The notes beneath the pieces were generated by a model. That model did not search any database and was not told where the DNA came from. It saw nothing but the letters and a program-made list of their open reading frames with translations. Shown here piece by piece: positions 12,778 through 26,529 of a stretch of DNA of 64,000 bases. Position 1 is the first letter of the stretch. Each line of letters begins with the position of its first letter. Origin of the DNA: Chiloscyllium plagiosum. Lineage: Eukaryota. The translations under genes were made by a program, and so were the position numbers. The stretch spans positions 58,215,823 to 58,279,822 of the forward strand of contig NC_057719.1 in the NCBI RefSeq assembly GCF_004010195.1, given 5' to 3'.

Positions 12778-14490
12778 CTTGATTTGATTTGCTTTGATTT
12801 ATTAAATTTAATATGGACGGAGGTCCAGTAAAAAGTGTTGTTTTCTGTGTTTTTCAGGCAGATCATACTACACAAGTGCAGAGTAACAGAATAGAGTGAA
12901 AGCTGCCGAGAAGGTGCAGAGAGAGATCAATATTAACACTAAAGAGGTCCATTCAAAAGTCGGATAACAGTCGGTAAGAAGCTGTTCATAAATCTGTTTG
13001 TACATGTATACAAACTTTTATACCTTCTACCTAATGCAAGAGGGTGGAAAAGACTATAACCGAGGTGGGAAGGGTCTTGATAATGTTGGTTGCTTTCCTG
13101 AGGCAGCGAAAGTGTAGATGAAGTCAATGGATTCGTGGCTGGTTTGTGTGAAGGACTGGGCTGTGATCATGACTCTCTGTAGTTTCTTCTGGTCTTGGTA
13201 AGAGCAGTTGCCATAGCATGCTGTGATGTGTCCAGATAGAATGCTTTCTGTAGTGCAACTCCATAAATTGAAAAGAGTTCTTGTGGACATTCTGAATTTC
13301 CTTAGCCTCCTGAGGAAGTAGCAGCATTGCTGTGCTTTCTTAACTGTGGTGTCAACAGGATGGACCAGGTCAGATTGTCTGTGTTCCTCACTCTGAGGAA
13401 CTTGACACTCTTGGCCATCTCCACTTCAGTACCATTGATTCAGATGGGCACATCCTACACTCTGCTTCCTGAGGTCAATGTCCAGCTCTTTCAATTTGAT
13501 GACATTACTGTCTCTACACCATGATACAAAGCACTCAAATATTTCTTGTACTCTGTCTTATCGTTGTTTAAGGCTCGACCTACAATGGTCATGCTGTCAC
13601 CAAACTTGTAAATGGAGTTCGTGTGGAATTTGGCCACATAGTCATGTGTTAATAAGTAGTTTAGTACGGGGCTGAGCACACAGCCTTGCAGGGCACTGGT
13701 GTTGAGGATTATCATGAAGGAAGTATTGTCGCCTATCCTAACTGTCTTTACCCTGTTGGTCAGGAAGTTGAGAATTAAGTTACAGAGGTGGGAGCAGAGA
13801 CCTAGATTCCAAAGTTTTGAGAAGAGTGTGTTTAGAATTATGGTGTTGAAGACAGAACTGTAGTCAGTGAGCAGAAGCCTGATGTAAGTATCCTTGTTGT
13901 CCAGATGTTTCAGGGATGAGTGTAGGGCCAGGGATATAGTGCGTGCTGTAGACCTGTTGTGCCAGGAAGTGAATTGCAAGGGACCAAGACAATCTGGGAG
14001 GCTGGATATGAGCCATGACCAACCTCGCAAAGCACTTCATTATTATGAATGTCAGAGCCACCAGGCGGTAGTCATTGAGGCATGTTGCATGATTTTTAGT
14101 TTGGAACTAGGATGATAGTGGTCTTCGTGAAATAGGTGTGGACTTCAGATCATTATAAGGAGAGGTTGAAGATGTCTGCAAATACTCCCGCTAGCTGGTT
14201 CACAGGATCTGAGTGCATGGCTGGGACTCCACTTGGGAAGGTCGTTTTCTGCAGGTTCACTCTTAAGAAGGCTGGTCTAATGTCTGCGGCGGTGACAGAG
14301 AGTACAGGTACATTGAAGACTGATGGAACAGGTAATATTGTTTCTCTGCCCTTCTGTTCTATGCGAGCATAGAATGCATCGAGTTCATCAGTTAGGCATA
14401 CACTGTTGTCCGCAATTCTGTTCAACTTCACTTTGTAGCCCATTATGTCGTGTAACAGGCACAAACAGCGGGTGTTCCTATGCTGCACTT
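12778..14490 (-). mobile_element. Rex1/Babar LINE, RT region and 3' end
   Basis: ORF 13491-14030 PLQF..NRST...[45 protein letters not shown]; (aatca)n tail at ~12778-12800. Confidence 0.85.
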
Positions 14491-15606
14491 CTACATTCTA
14501 CATACAGCATTTTCAACTCACTAACAAATTTAATCAATGCAGTTTTCTAAACCAAATGTGATACTATTCCTTTTACAGGCAATGATCATTAGGTGTTTAT
14601 GTATATTAAAATTAGGGATTCAACTTTGATGCAAAACTAGACATACAACAGAGGACAACATGGAAAGATGGGAAACAGATGTTACATTTAATTATTCATC
14701 TTGGTAATAACATCTTATGCACATTGGGGCAAACAAATAATATTATTATTATTATTTGTTTAAGAAATTAAGAGAGCAACTATTAACTATTGGCCTATTT
14801 CTGGAACAACATTGCAATGTTCTGCAAGTTACAGAAAAAAAATCTATTACTTATCTTTCAGTTCTGACGAAAGATCATTGATCTGAAATGTTGTTTCCTT
14901 CTCCACAGATGTTGCTAGACCTGAGTACTTCTAGTATTTTCTGTTTTTATTCCAGATTGAGCATCTGCAATTGTTTTGCTTTTGTATAACTTCTCCCTCA
15001 TCAGTAACTTTGATCTCAGAGCTAATTTTATGCCAGAATTCATCCTTCTGAACATTAGTGGGATTGGTGGCCAGACGATCAATTCTCCACAATATTATGA
15101 TTTGTGCAGGACCACAAGAATTTGTACTGCACTATTAGCCATTACTTACTGAAACCAGACTAATGAAGCATGCATTATGTTAGGACGTTTCTCCCCAATG
15201 GCATACAGTAGCAGTTATTGTTCTTTTTCTTGTCAGCTGCATTCCATGCCTTTGTGGCTAAAGAGTGGTCATAGAATTTCTGGAGGGCTAGAATAAACAG
15301 GACAAGCTGATGATATCTGTGTTTTGTTTTTTGCTTTCACTTTTTTCTAATAGAATAGATAATTAGCAGTCTAATGCCCAGACTGGCAGGAACCAATGGA
15401 ACTTGCCAACCAACACAAGGGTATTACATAACCAACAATCCTAGGTCAGAAACCTGTAGCAATCAGTATCTTGATTGCACTAAAAATATTGCCAACATCC
15501 TGTTGACTTAAAATACCTGTCTCATTTAACTGTCGGGTCAAAATTATCAAATGCAAATAAACAAATTTGCTTTCTGTAGAATTTTAGGGCATGTTTAAAT
15601 ATAATT

Positions 15607-15900
15607 TGGAGGTGTCGGTGTTGGACTGGGGTGGACAAAGTTAAAAATCACACATTAGGTCATAGGACAACAGGTTTATTAGGAACACTAGCTTTTGGAG
15701 CGCTGTGCCTTCATCAGGTGATTGTAGAGTACATGATCATAAGACACAGAATTTACAGCATAAGTTTACACTGCAAACTTACACTATAAATTCTGTGCCT
15801 TACGATCTTGTACTCCACAACCACTTGAAGGAGCAGCACTCCGAAAGCTAGTGCTTCTAAATAAACCTGTTGGACTATAACCTGATGTTGCGTGATTTTT
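15607..15900. mobile_element. Penelope-like inverted terminal-repeat element (GAAAGCTA hammerhead variant)
   Basis: Inverted arms aaaaatcac..aacaggtttatt..ctagcttttggagcgctg..ccttcatcag / gaaggagcagcactccgaaagctagtg..aataaacctgtt..gtgattttt. Confidence 0.7.
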
Positions 15901-16009
15901 AAGTTGAAATATAATTTCGAAACAAAATCAAGTTGAATGAAACAACTTCCTTTCCCATTGCATTGTAGACAGGTAGTCAATGTCAAGTGAAATTTTTAGG
16001 TCAATGGAT

Positions 16010-16390
16010 CGAGGGAGGATCATTCGAGTGGGGGAGCATGTTAAGGAAGAGGAGGCAGGAAATGAAATGGAGTGAAAAGGAACACGGAGGGAAAAAAATG
16101 AGGTAATGAAAGAGAAAGTAAGAAGAGAGAGAAAACAGTGAGAGGCTAAGACAAAGGGGGTGGGGGGAGAGAGGGGAGGACAAAACAAAATGAGAAATGG
16201 TAAATAACAGAGAGTGAAGAGGAAAGATAAGGGAGTATAGTGACAGAGAAGAGGGGTGTGGGATGAAGAGATTAGACTGTTGGGTAGGGGTAGGTGGGAT
16301 AAAAAAATGGAAATAATGAAGAGAAAAAATAGGTAGGGCAAAGGAGAAGAGGAAGGGTGGATGTAAGAGGAAGGAAAAATAGAATATACA
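16010..16390. repeat. Low-complexity purine-rich tract
   Basis: Almost entirely A/G on the plus strand. Confidence 0.7.
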
Positions 16391-17589
16391 GCAAAATGCA
16401 CAAACAAGACAGAATGACTTTAATATTTCTATTCACCTCCACCTTTTTGCATCATCCTTCACCTACATCTATTATCCTACCCTCTCGCCCTCACTCGTCC
16501 ATCCTCTAACACTTGACTTGCTCTCAAAGTTAAAATTCTACCCAATATTTAGTGAATGACCCATTGGGGATGGATAAGGAGGTGGGAAACTGTTCTGATG
16601 AATATCTGCCAGGTAAGAGGAGATGGTTGGAGCAGGGGTGGTGTTGAATTACTGCTCTGTTGTCCAAATTTGTACAATGGGTGCCTGAGGTCAGTTTGGT
16701 GTCAACGTTTTTGGTTCCTGTTTGCATCCATTAATATTATTTACATTTTATTAATTGACTGCAAGAAAACAAAATGACATGTTTGACAGCCATGAAAGTC
16801 AACTCCTTTACAGTCATTATCACTTTAGCTGGGATTCACAGGTGTAACTATCCCATTGTTTGTGCAAGTATTTTTAACCATGTCGTTACTGACATCAATT
16901 ATGAATTTATTTAGTAGTTAGTATACATGCTACTTCAATAAATTATTGATTTTTGTTTCTAAGTGGTTAAACTGAGTTTAAGTTTTATTTTGGAATTTCT
17001 TGATGAAACATTATTTCAATGGAGGAGGATTATAATTGGCACATCGGTATTTCTGAAGGATGGCTCCAAGAGTCCAGTGGCTGGTCACCTAAGTCTGAAT
17101 ATTCAGATCTGAGTCATAGAGGTTCTGACTCCGATCAAATAAAACAAATATTGTCCAGTTTAAACTATAGGGACTTTTTGGGCTAAGTTCTAGGACAGGA
17201 GCCTTCCCAACCAAAACAATCTAGTCTGGCAGCAGCAGAAACTACACACCATTTTACCCACAGTATCTGCTGCATTTCATGGTTTAAAAAGGTCCTAACA
17301 TCACTTTGACAACTACAAAACAAAGTTTACTGCCTAAAGTATGTTAGGTATTATAGTGCCAGGTGTTTGGGATAAGAAGGGTTCCAGGTGGCTGTGTCAG
17401 GCAAGGTGCCAGTTGGATAGGGGGTGTAGTGTGTCAAGTAGGCAGAGGGTGTAAGCATCAGGTGGGTGATACAGACATCATGGTATAAATAAGTATGAGA
17501 AGACGTGGGCTAGTCATGTTGGTGAGGTAGATGTGCAGTGTTGGAACAAGTCTGGTCTGGGGGTGCATGGGAATGTGGGGATTGGGTGG

Positions 17590-18143
17590 AGAAAAAGAAT
17601 AGAAGCATGAATTCCTTTCTAAACGGAATTCAGAGGGATCTGGGACTGCTAGTTGAGGATTCTCTAAAGGTAAACATGCAGGTTGAGTCCGTGATTAAGA
17701 AAGCGAATGCAATGTTGTCAATTATCTCAAGAGGGTTGGAATATAAAAGCACTGTTGTGCTACTGAGACTTTATAAAGCTCTGGTTAGGCCCATTTGGAG
17801 TACTGTGTCCAGTATTCTTCCCCACGTTAGGCGAGGAGACTCGGACCCGTGGACACAGCCTTAGAATTAGGGGGGGTAAATTCAGAACAGAAATGCGGAG
17901 ATATTTCTTCAGCCAGAGAGTGGTGGGCCTGTGGAATTCATTGCCGCGGAGTGCAGTGGAGGCTGGGACGCTAAATGTCTTCAAGGCAGAGATTGATAAA
18001 TTCTTGATGTCACAAGGAATTAAGGGCTACGGGGAGAATGCAGGTAAGTGGAGTTGAAATGCCCATCAGCCATGATTGAATGGCGGAGTGGACTCGATGG
18101 GCCGAATGGCCTTACTTCTGCTCCTATGTCTTATGGTCTTATG
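17590..18143 (+). mobile_element. CR1 3' fragment with internal deletions
   Basis: QRDLGLLVEDSLKVNMQV..KKANAML..LYKALVRP; 3' UTR ending cctatgtcttatggtcttatg. Confidence 0.85.
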
Positions 18144-19224
18144 TTGGTAAGGGAAAAATTTGTTCTGGAGGAAGTACGGAGTGGAGAATTGGTTGGAGAG
18201 GAGTCAGCACATGGGGTAAAGGAGTTTTGTGTGAGAATTGCACAAGTCATTGGAAGGGGAGGTCAGGGGGTTGGCAGAGGGTGGTTCGGTGGTGAGTGAA
18301 CAGGAGGATGAGGTATCAGTTCTATAGCTGGCCAAAAGTTAAAATCAGGTTTTAGTGCCTCTACCTTTTCCTAATAAGTGGGAATCCTCTGAAAAATTCA
18401 ATTCTAACTGAGAGATGGGATTTTTTTTTAAAGTGTTCCAGACACTAGAGACCTGTCCATTAGATGCTTCAACTTCCTGGGCAATCCCCATGGAATCAGC
18501 TGCAATGCAACTTCTACATTGCCCTGACACACCAGTATACAATCTTTGTTGAAGCTTCCATCTGAAGATCTGGCCATACTTTTTTTTTAAAACACATAAC
18601 CCATTAAACAGAATGAGACCTATGTAAAATTATACTCATACCACCACTGACAGGTTCAATGCTACTGCAATGTTGAGATCACTTATAAACATATTTCCAA
18701 AATATATTTCACTGAACACCCCCACAGAAACAGTATCTAAACAATATATGATGTACACAAGTTATGAAAAATGTTTGAAAAAAATGGAAGGTTGGTGGGA
18801 AGTATACACTCATGGAGAAGTATTTTGCAAAATTTCTTAAGCTAGATGGAGACGTAATAAACATATAAAAGGTCTTAGAATAGAGTTCCCTTAAAAAAGC
18901 ACTGTAAAAAATTGATTTGAGGAACATTTTAAGATATAAACTCTTTCAGAAAATAAACTAGTCAATATTGAAATCCAAAATCATGTCCTTTCAAGTATCA
19001 TTGTTCAACGACAGTGCTTCCAAGAAAAGGAGGCAGAAATTGACAGCATAAGTTGACAGGTGTGAACAGTGAAAATTCGATCAGTGTATAATCAGTTAAA
19101 ACAGTCTGTGAAATTGAGATGGTTTATTAAAACTGAACAGGGGTTCAAATAAAGTTCAAAAACTCAAGCATTTTTGCTTTAATTTATTGAAAATAATTAG
19201 GCCTCCTCAAAGTTAAATTTGCAA

Positions 19225-20400
19225 AGAGACAAGAATTGATGAGGGTAGAGCGGTGTATGTGATGTATATGGACTTCAATAAAGCATTCAACAAGGTTCCT
19301 CATGGTAAACTGATTAACAAAATTAGATCACATGAAATGCAGGGAGAACTAGCCACTTGGATATAGAACTGGTTTGAAGGTAGAAGACAGAAGTTGGTGG
19401 TGGAGAGTTGCCTTTCAGCATCGAGGCTTGTGACCAGTGGTGTGCCACAAGGATTGGTGCTGGGTTTACTGGATTTTGTCATTTATATGTTTGGAGATGA
19501 CACCAAAATTGGAGATGTAGTGGACAGCAAAGAATATTACCTCAGAGTACAATGGGATCTTGATCAGATGGGCCGATGGGCCAAGGAGTGTCAGATTAAG
19601 TTAAACCTAGATAAATGAGAGGTGCTGCATTTTTGGAAAGGCAAATCAGGGCAGGACTTCTGCATTTAATGATAAGGTACTGGGGAGTGTTACTGAACAA
19701 AGAGACCTTGGAGTGCAGGTTTACAGTTCCTTGAAAGTGGAGTTTATAGGTAGATAGGATAGCGAAAAAGGCAGTAGAAAGTGAGGACAGCAAATGCTAG
19801 AGATCAGAATCTAGAGTTTGGTGCTGGAAAAGCACAGCAGGTCAGGCAGCATTTGAGGAGCAGGACATAAGCCCTACATCAGGAGAAGGCTGATGAAGGG
19901 TTTGTGCCTGAAATGTCGATTCTCCTGCTCCTCGGATGCAGCCTGACCAGCTGTGATTTTCCAGCACCAAACCTTCAATAGTGAAGGAGGCGTTTGCTTG
20001 CCTTTATCAGTCAGAGCATTGAGTATAGGAGCTGGGAGGTCATGCTGCAGCTGCACAGGACATTGTTTAGGCCACTTTTGGAATACTGTGTACAATGCTG
20101 GTCTCCTTCCTATTGGAAGGATTTTGTGAAACTTGAAAGGTTTCAGGAAAGATATAGAAAGATGTTGCCATGGTTGAAGGGTTTGAGCTATAGGGAGAGG
20201 CTGAACAGGCTGGGGCTGTTTTCCCTTGTGCATCAGAGGCTGAGGAGTGACCTGATAGAGATTTTAAAAATCATGAGGGGAATGGATAGCGTAAATAAAA
20301 AAGGTTTTTCCCTGGGGTGGGGGAGTCCAGAACTAGAGGGTATAGGTTTAGGGTGAGAAGAGAAAGATTCCGTGCTGTACATTTCTGTAAGTCTATGAAC
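19225..20400 (+). mobile_element. CR1 RT and 3' fragment containing a Penelope hairpin insert
   Basis: ORFs 19394-19618 (SGVPQG, FGDDTK) and 19994-20356. Confidence 0.85.
19775..19977. mobile_element. Penelope-derived inverted mini-element
   Basis: Inverted arms; CTGATGAAGGG..TGCCTGAAATGTC; degenerate TSD atag(c/t)gaa..aggc on both sides. Confidence 0.75.
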
Positions 20401-23400
20401 TGACTGAATCAATGTTAAATTCCTTATAGTATCCATTCAGCTGAATACTTGATTTGCTTTATGTTCTTGTTTGCCATTAGTCAATTGTATATTTTTTTTA
20501 TTTCACGAAACCTTTACTAGTGTAGAAATGAATGAGGTTACATGAAGTGGAACAGTGCAAGTACTCAGTTTAACATACTTCCTTAATGCAGACAAAAGCT
20601 AAGTTCTTTAAGCTCACTTACATATCTGTTCATTCTGTAAGTTAAACAAGGGATGATAAAATTTCTGAACAGATACTATCAACAAAATAAACAAGGTACT
20701 TTGAATTACATCAAAGCTTATTTATAATGTGTTTAGCAAACTGCAATGGAAACAGGAAAATAATGCCTGATTTTCTAAACTGTTCAACATCTGCTTTTAC
20801 TTAATGTCAATTTTTGATAACATTGAGAAGCTTCCAAACATTTTTGTGGAAAAATTCTATATACTTTCCCCATAGTTTAACGTCTCAAAAATTATTTGTA
20901 CAAACATTTTATACACTTGATGTAGACCATTCAACATTTATGATCTAATGATAATTCTACCAGATACTGGATATTTGACAAAATACTGTGCTGAATTCTA
21001 AACAGTCTAAATCAAGACTTAAGAACACACAATTAGTACAATCATTAGCATCTGAAATTTTTGCTTAATATAAAAGCTGAAAATGGCTCAGTATATTGAT
21101 GATTATTCAATCTCAAAAGTCACCTAAAGCCTTTAAGCTAACTGGCCATATGCTGACACTCATCCATCAAATCTCAAGTCCACTAATAAATGCCAATTAT
21201 GGGTCAAATATTCACAAACGTGGATAGCATAAACCATAGGATCATTTCCTTCCATGGAAATTACTGATCAGTGAAACACCCAGGCAGTGTAAACTGCACA
21301 GACTGCCCTACAGCAAACATGCTGCTCCTTCCCGGCTGTTAACGAGCAGCATTTTACCCTCCTCCATTGGTGCTGAAGGGAACTGCAGAGTGGCTGTGTT
21401 TGGGTTCATCCATATTTTCCCTTATTTCTGTGCAGTTTAAAAAAAACTTTGGGAACTTGTCATTTAGCCTTGACAAAAATGAAACTCTTCAGCAGACTTT
21501 CATTTTGCTTCAGCAGAGAAGCTCGCATTTCACCTCACCATTTCAATTTAAAATCATGTTGTTTCTTTTCATTTTCCAGAAGCACATAAATGTATTCCAG
21601 ATTCTCTTTAGTATACAGTTAATTCATATTTTTTAAAAATTTTGGATATTCTAGTGGAATTTTTTGAAAAGACTCTCAAAATATTAGCAATACGATATTG
21701 CCCAGTTCAGAGGCATTTTAGCTTCTAAATCATTGCACAAACTAGTGATTTCAGCATTTTACAACAAATTAAGTACAAAACATATAGAAATGGTATAATC
21801 CTGTTTGTTGTCCTACCCAATTTGTCATATTGTAACATCTTCCATCAGACAGACTGCCCATGTTACAGTAATTTATTTCCGTCCTGCCCAAAATTATGAT
21901 GAATGGTCAGAACTCAATTCAATTATTTAAAAAGTGCAAAGAAACACTAAAACAATAAAACTGGCAATGTGAACTGCATTCTTAGGAACAATTTAAGCTA
22001 ATTAGCATCAAATTCTCCCCCCATTCATCATACTCCTTAAGAAATATAAACAAACTGTCAGGTCTAACGTAACAAACAGATCACTGAGCTACTTAGCACA
22101 AATTATTCTTACATGAAAGCTCCTTCTCAGGCAATATTCTCCTCAAGGGCATTTGGGGAACTGAACTATTAAAATTGAAGACATATGTTTCAGTCAAACT
22201 CAACTCACAGATTATAATGATCACTGTTGTGACAGTTTTCAGCCACCATGTATGATGTTAGAAACGCTGCATAAATGGATTGGATAACCCACTTTAGAAT
22301 ATCCTTAACAAAAATGTCAATAAACTTTGCATACTAATAACCATGACCAAAAACATTCAACCCCCAAAGACAGGCTGATAAATTGTATGACATAAATTTC
22401 AAAACAATGAAAACTAACTTCTATTGAAAAGGTTAATGCAATATACTTCTAAAATGTATGACAAATTTTGTGATTGAGTCACTAATTTAGATATTTTTCA
22501 ATAGGTAGCTCTTGGTCAACAATAATTAATTCATCTCACAAAATCATGCTACATCATCATTTTCTCGGATACACCAAAATTATCTTCAGGGATTTAAAAA
22601 AAATTGTACAACAGACATAAATTTATGCATGATTGCTGTATGTGAGCTTACATTAAGTTCATGAATTAATTGGTTCATGATCCACAACAGACTGGATAAA
22701 AAACTAAACTGATTGAGACATAAGTTTGAGCTAAGAAGTGTTTTTATTTGAAAATTAAAGCGTAAGAATGATGATTAAATATTATACATACAGTCTGATA
22801 TGCAATTCACCTTATACTTTCTGAACTAAAAGAAGCACATCATTTTTTCCCCGAAATTAAGCTATACATTTACATACTTAACCAGAGTAACCTAGCTTTG
22901 AATATATAGCTGACATGGAACTTCTAAACCAGAAAGGTTTGCAACTCTTAAGTACCCAAACACTGTTACCCACTCACCCCAGCCTCTTCCTCAAAAAGAG
23001 ATTGAGATTATCTCTGTCTACTGAGCTGTCAGAGGGCTCCAAACAATCAAGGGAAATAGCTTAATTCCAAAGGACTTAAGTTACTTGAAATGTCCACTGG
23101 AGTGTGCCAATCCCTTGTCATTACTCTGAGAAAAGTCTTATTTTGTCTAACTATCAAAGGTTTTTGATAATTTTCCATCACAGTTACAGAATCTGATTGG
23201 GGAACCCCAAGGAAACAACATAATCTAAGTTCTGAAATTAATATTGACAGCTGCGAGAATCAGATTTTTATGAATTGTTTGGAAAGTACAGTCCATAAGA
23301 AGTACAAGAAATATAGACGGAAACAATACGCTTCAATGTGATAGAAAACCTTGAGACATGTATTTGTGTTAAAATATTGTCTGTAGATGTAACAATGGTT

Positions 23401-23439
23401 GACACAAGCAATTGTTACACTTCTAGACAATATTTTTAC

Positions 23440-23440
<1 letters not shown>

Positions 23441-23462
<22 letters not shown>
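23441..23462. repeat. (TA)n microsatellite
   Basis: Direct reading. Confidence 0.9.
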
Positions 23463-23472
<10 letters not shown>

Positions 23473-24814
23473 ATACATATACATTTTTTATGTATCATGC
23501 ACATTCAAAAAAAGCAAACTTTGAAAGAAAAATACATTTCTTGCTCCAGCTGAAACCAAATTTGCCAAGCCTTAATACTGCTTGCTTATTGACTGACAAA
23601 TAGCTGACTCCAATTCACACCATGTCAATTCAGTTTAGTGATGGCTGCAGCTTTAGTCAATTATGGAAACTGATTAGTCTTACCTTACCGAGTGAACTTA
23701 CAGATGCCAGTCTGATATGCACGGCATGGTCAAAGGAAAGGAGAATTGGACGAAGGTGGGCAGATTTCATCAAGCTTGCATAGGTGTGATGCGCCACATT
23801 TTTCACCCTGCCAGTCATCAATTCCCACAAGTCATGCACCTATAGTTCAGTTTCTGACTAGCCCTCAGGCTGCTGTGAGTTTACAACCTCCATTGAAATA
23901 AATGGATTAACTCAAGAATCAGGAAAGTTGAGCATCTTGGAGGAAAAAAAAATCCAACATTCTGGGATTTAACAACAGCAAGAAATTTGACATTCATTCT
24001 GCATGGGGAATGTCCAATTAATTATATAAACTGGAAGCTACAAATGTATTCTTTGTCAGAAATTGGATTTTTTACATGAAATTAACAAAGAGCTTGTGTT
24101 TCTTCTAAACAGGATTTTTAGATCCAGTGATAAATATCATTGTTTGGGAAGAACAGAGCAATTATTGTGTAGCTGTGTGCAGCATTTATTACAACTCACC
24201 AGCTGCCTTTGTTCTTACCTTTGAAGGACATTTTTTTTTAAAAAGGGCTTAATTAAAATGAGTTCAACCAAGATATCAGATAGTCATAACTAATCTGAAC
24301 ACATCAGAGCTGCAACAAAAATATACTCGAATATGAACACCAATGTTACTTTCCAAACACTAATATATGACATCATTGTTAACAAAGCACACATTTAGGG
24401 TTTGTCATAAGCTATTTTTTCCATGAATCTTTTAAGATTTAGGATTCCTTGGCCCATTTATTAACTAAATCTATGTGTCTTGAGGGGATGGTAGTAAGCT
24501 TCCTGCTTTACCACTGTAGTGCATTCTGTGCTCACAGAAAGTTGAAAGATTAATATTGAACTGGACTCTCAAAGTCCAGACCAACTAAGAACAGCAGGTT
24601 TTGTTCCCTAAGGGGCATGCGATATTACCTGATAACATCTCCTATTTTTAGCTCCTTGAAAATTACCATAGTAGCTTTAGAGCTCAAATTGTCTAGATTA
24701 AGAGTACAGATTCAGTGAAGTAACCAAGACATTGCATTAATATATCAAGTGCACGTATACGTGTGTGTATTTGAATGTATGTAAATGAGAGAGTGTGCAT
24801 TTGTACACATGCAA

Positions 24815-24817
<3 letters not shown>

Positions 24818-24850
<33 letters not shown>
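24818..24850. repeat. (GA)n microsatellite
   Basis: Direct reading. Confidence 0.95.
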
Positions 24851-24852
<2 letters not shown>

Positions 24853-25186
24853 TGAACGGAGAGATTTGACCAGTAAAGGATTTCACAACTTCACTGCCTA
24901 CATTTGAGGATTACTGCTACTCCATACAAAACAATCTTTGCTCCTTGCTTTTTGTTCTTTTCTATTATTTCAAAGTATGTATTTTTCTCTATGATTTATT
25001 TAATACAAATGTCCTAAAATTAATAATCAAAATAATCACAAGAATAACTGCTCATAAAAATTACATTAATTGCATCTCATTTTAAATAAAACATTAAATT
25101 TATTCTAAAAATGGTTTTTATAATTTCTTTAATGGAATAAAATTGTTACAAATGGAAACGTTAAAACAGAATTCACAACAATGATA

Positions 25187-25943
25187 GCAAATCTTAGCAG
25201 GACTTACACACTTAAAGGTAAGGTCTTAGGGAGTGTTGCTGAACAAAGAGACCTTGGAGTGCAGGTTCATAGCTCCTTGAAAGTGGAGTCACAGGTAGAT
25301 AGGATAGTGAAGAAGGCGTTTGGTATGCTTTCCTTTATTGGTCAGAGTATTGAGTACAGGAGTTGGGAGGTCATGTTGCGGCTGTACAGGACATCGGTTA
25401 GCTAACTGTTGGAATATTGCATGCAATTCTGGTCTCCTTCCTATCGGAAAGATGTTGTAAAACTTGAAATGGTTCAGAAAAGATTTACAAGGATGTTGCC
25501 AGAGTTGGAGGATTTGAGCTCCTGGGAGAGGCTGAACAGGCTGGGGCTGTTTTCCCTGGAGCGTCAGAGGCCGAGGGGTAACCTTATAGAGGTTTACAAA
25601 ATTATGAGGGGCATGGATAGGATAAATAGACAAAGGGATCGGGGAGTCTAGAACGAGAGGGCATAGATTTAGGGCGAGAGGGGAAAGATATGAAAGAGAT
25701 CTAAGGGGCAACTTTTTCACGGAGAGGGTGGTACGTGTATGGAATGAGCTGCCAGAGGAAGTGGTGGAGGCTGGTATAATTGCAACATTTAAAAGGCATT
25801 TGGATGGGTATATGAATAGGAAGGGTTTGGAGGGATATGGGCTGGGTGCTCGCAGGTGGGACTAAATTGGGTTGGGATAGCTGGTCGGCATGGACAGGTT
25901 GGACTGAAGGGTCTGTTTTCATGCTGTACATCTCTATGACTCT
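25187..25943 (+). mobile_element. CR1 3' fragment
   Basis: ORFs 25181-25405 and 25409-25651; 3' UTR ending ctctatgactct. Confidence 0.9.
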
Positions 25944-25949
25944 AATTGC

Positions 25950-26265
25950 TGGAAAATTATAGGACAAGCCAAACAGATAACAGCCAAGGAATTCCTAGAG
26001 GCATGGCACGCATCCACAGATTCAAATCAATAAGCACATCAACCTGGACCCAATATACCAGCCACTGCAGTGGACAGCTGGAACTGACAACCGGAAGCGG
26101 CAGGTACAAATCACTATAAATGCCGGAGGAAACATCACAGAAGCGCTTCACAGGAGGCTCCCAAGTACTGAGGATGTCACCTAGACAGGGGACGAAACGT
26201 CTGCAACACAAATTCCCAGCTCGGCAAACAGAACCACAACAACGAGCACCCAAGCTACAAATCAT
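25950..26265 (+). mobile_element. Penelope/Poseidon-type element 3' end (GIY-YIG C-terminus and pseudo-LTR)
   Basis: Translation IIGQAKQITAKEFLEAWH...INKHINLDPIYQPL, followed by a hammerhead motif. Confidence 0.75.
26165..26204 (+). ncRNA. Minimal type-I hammerhead ribozyme motif
   Basis: gta CTGAGGA t GTC.CC-tagaca-GG.GAC GAAA CGTC tgc: conserved cores, stem II, palindromic ACGT stem III, short stem I. Confidence 0.65.
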
Positions 26266-26529
26266 CTCCCAAATTTTGCTGGAAAATCTCAACGGGTCTG
26301 GCAGCATCTATGATAATGTTTCAAGTCTTGTAACCCTTCCCCAGACTGATGGTATGCATGAAAATGTTGCTTCTTTTGTAGAAAATAGCATGGGAGTAGG
26401 GGGTATGGACTAAGTGAGAGCTGGAGACAGAGCCCAAAGAAACAGAAAAATAATTGGACAGGCAAAGGAGTGGATAACAATACCCTAGGAGAATGAATAG
26501 CTACTAATGGAGACTATTAGAGACTAATA

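Noticed and set aside
15928..16407. 159-aa hydrophobic ORF
   Set aside because: Artefact of a pyrimidine-rich low-complexity strand; the same applies to 57433-57786
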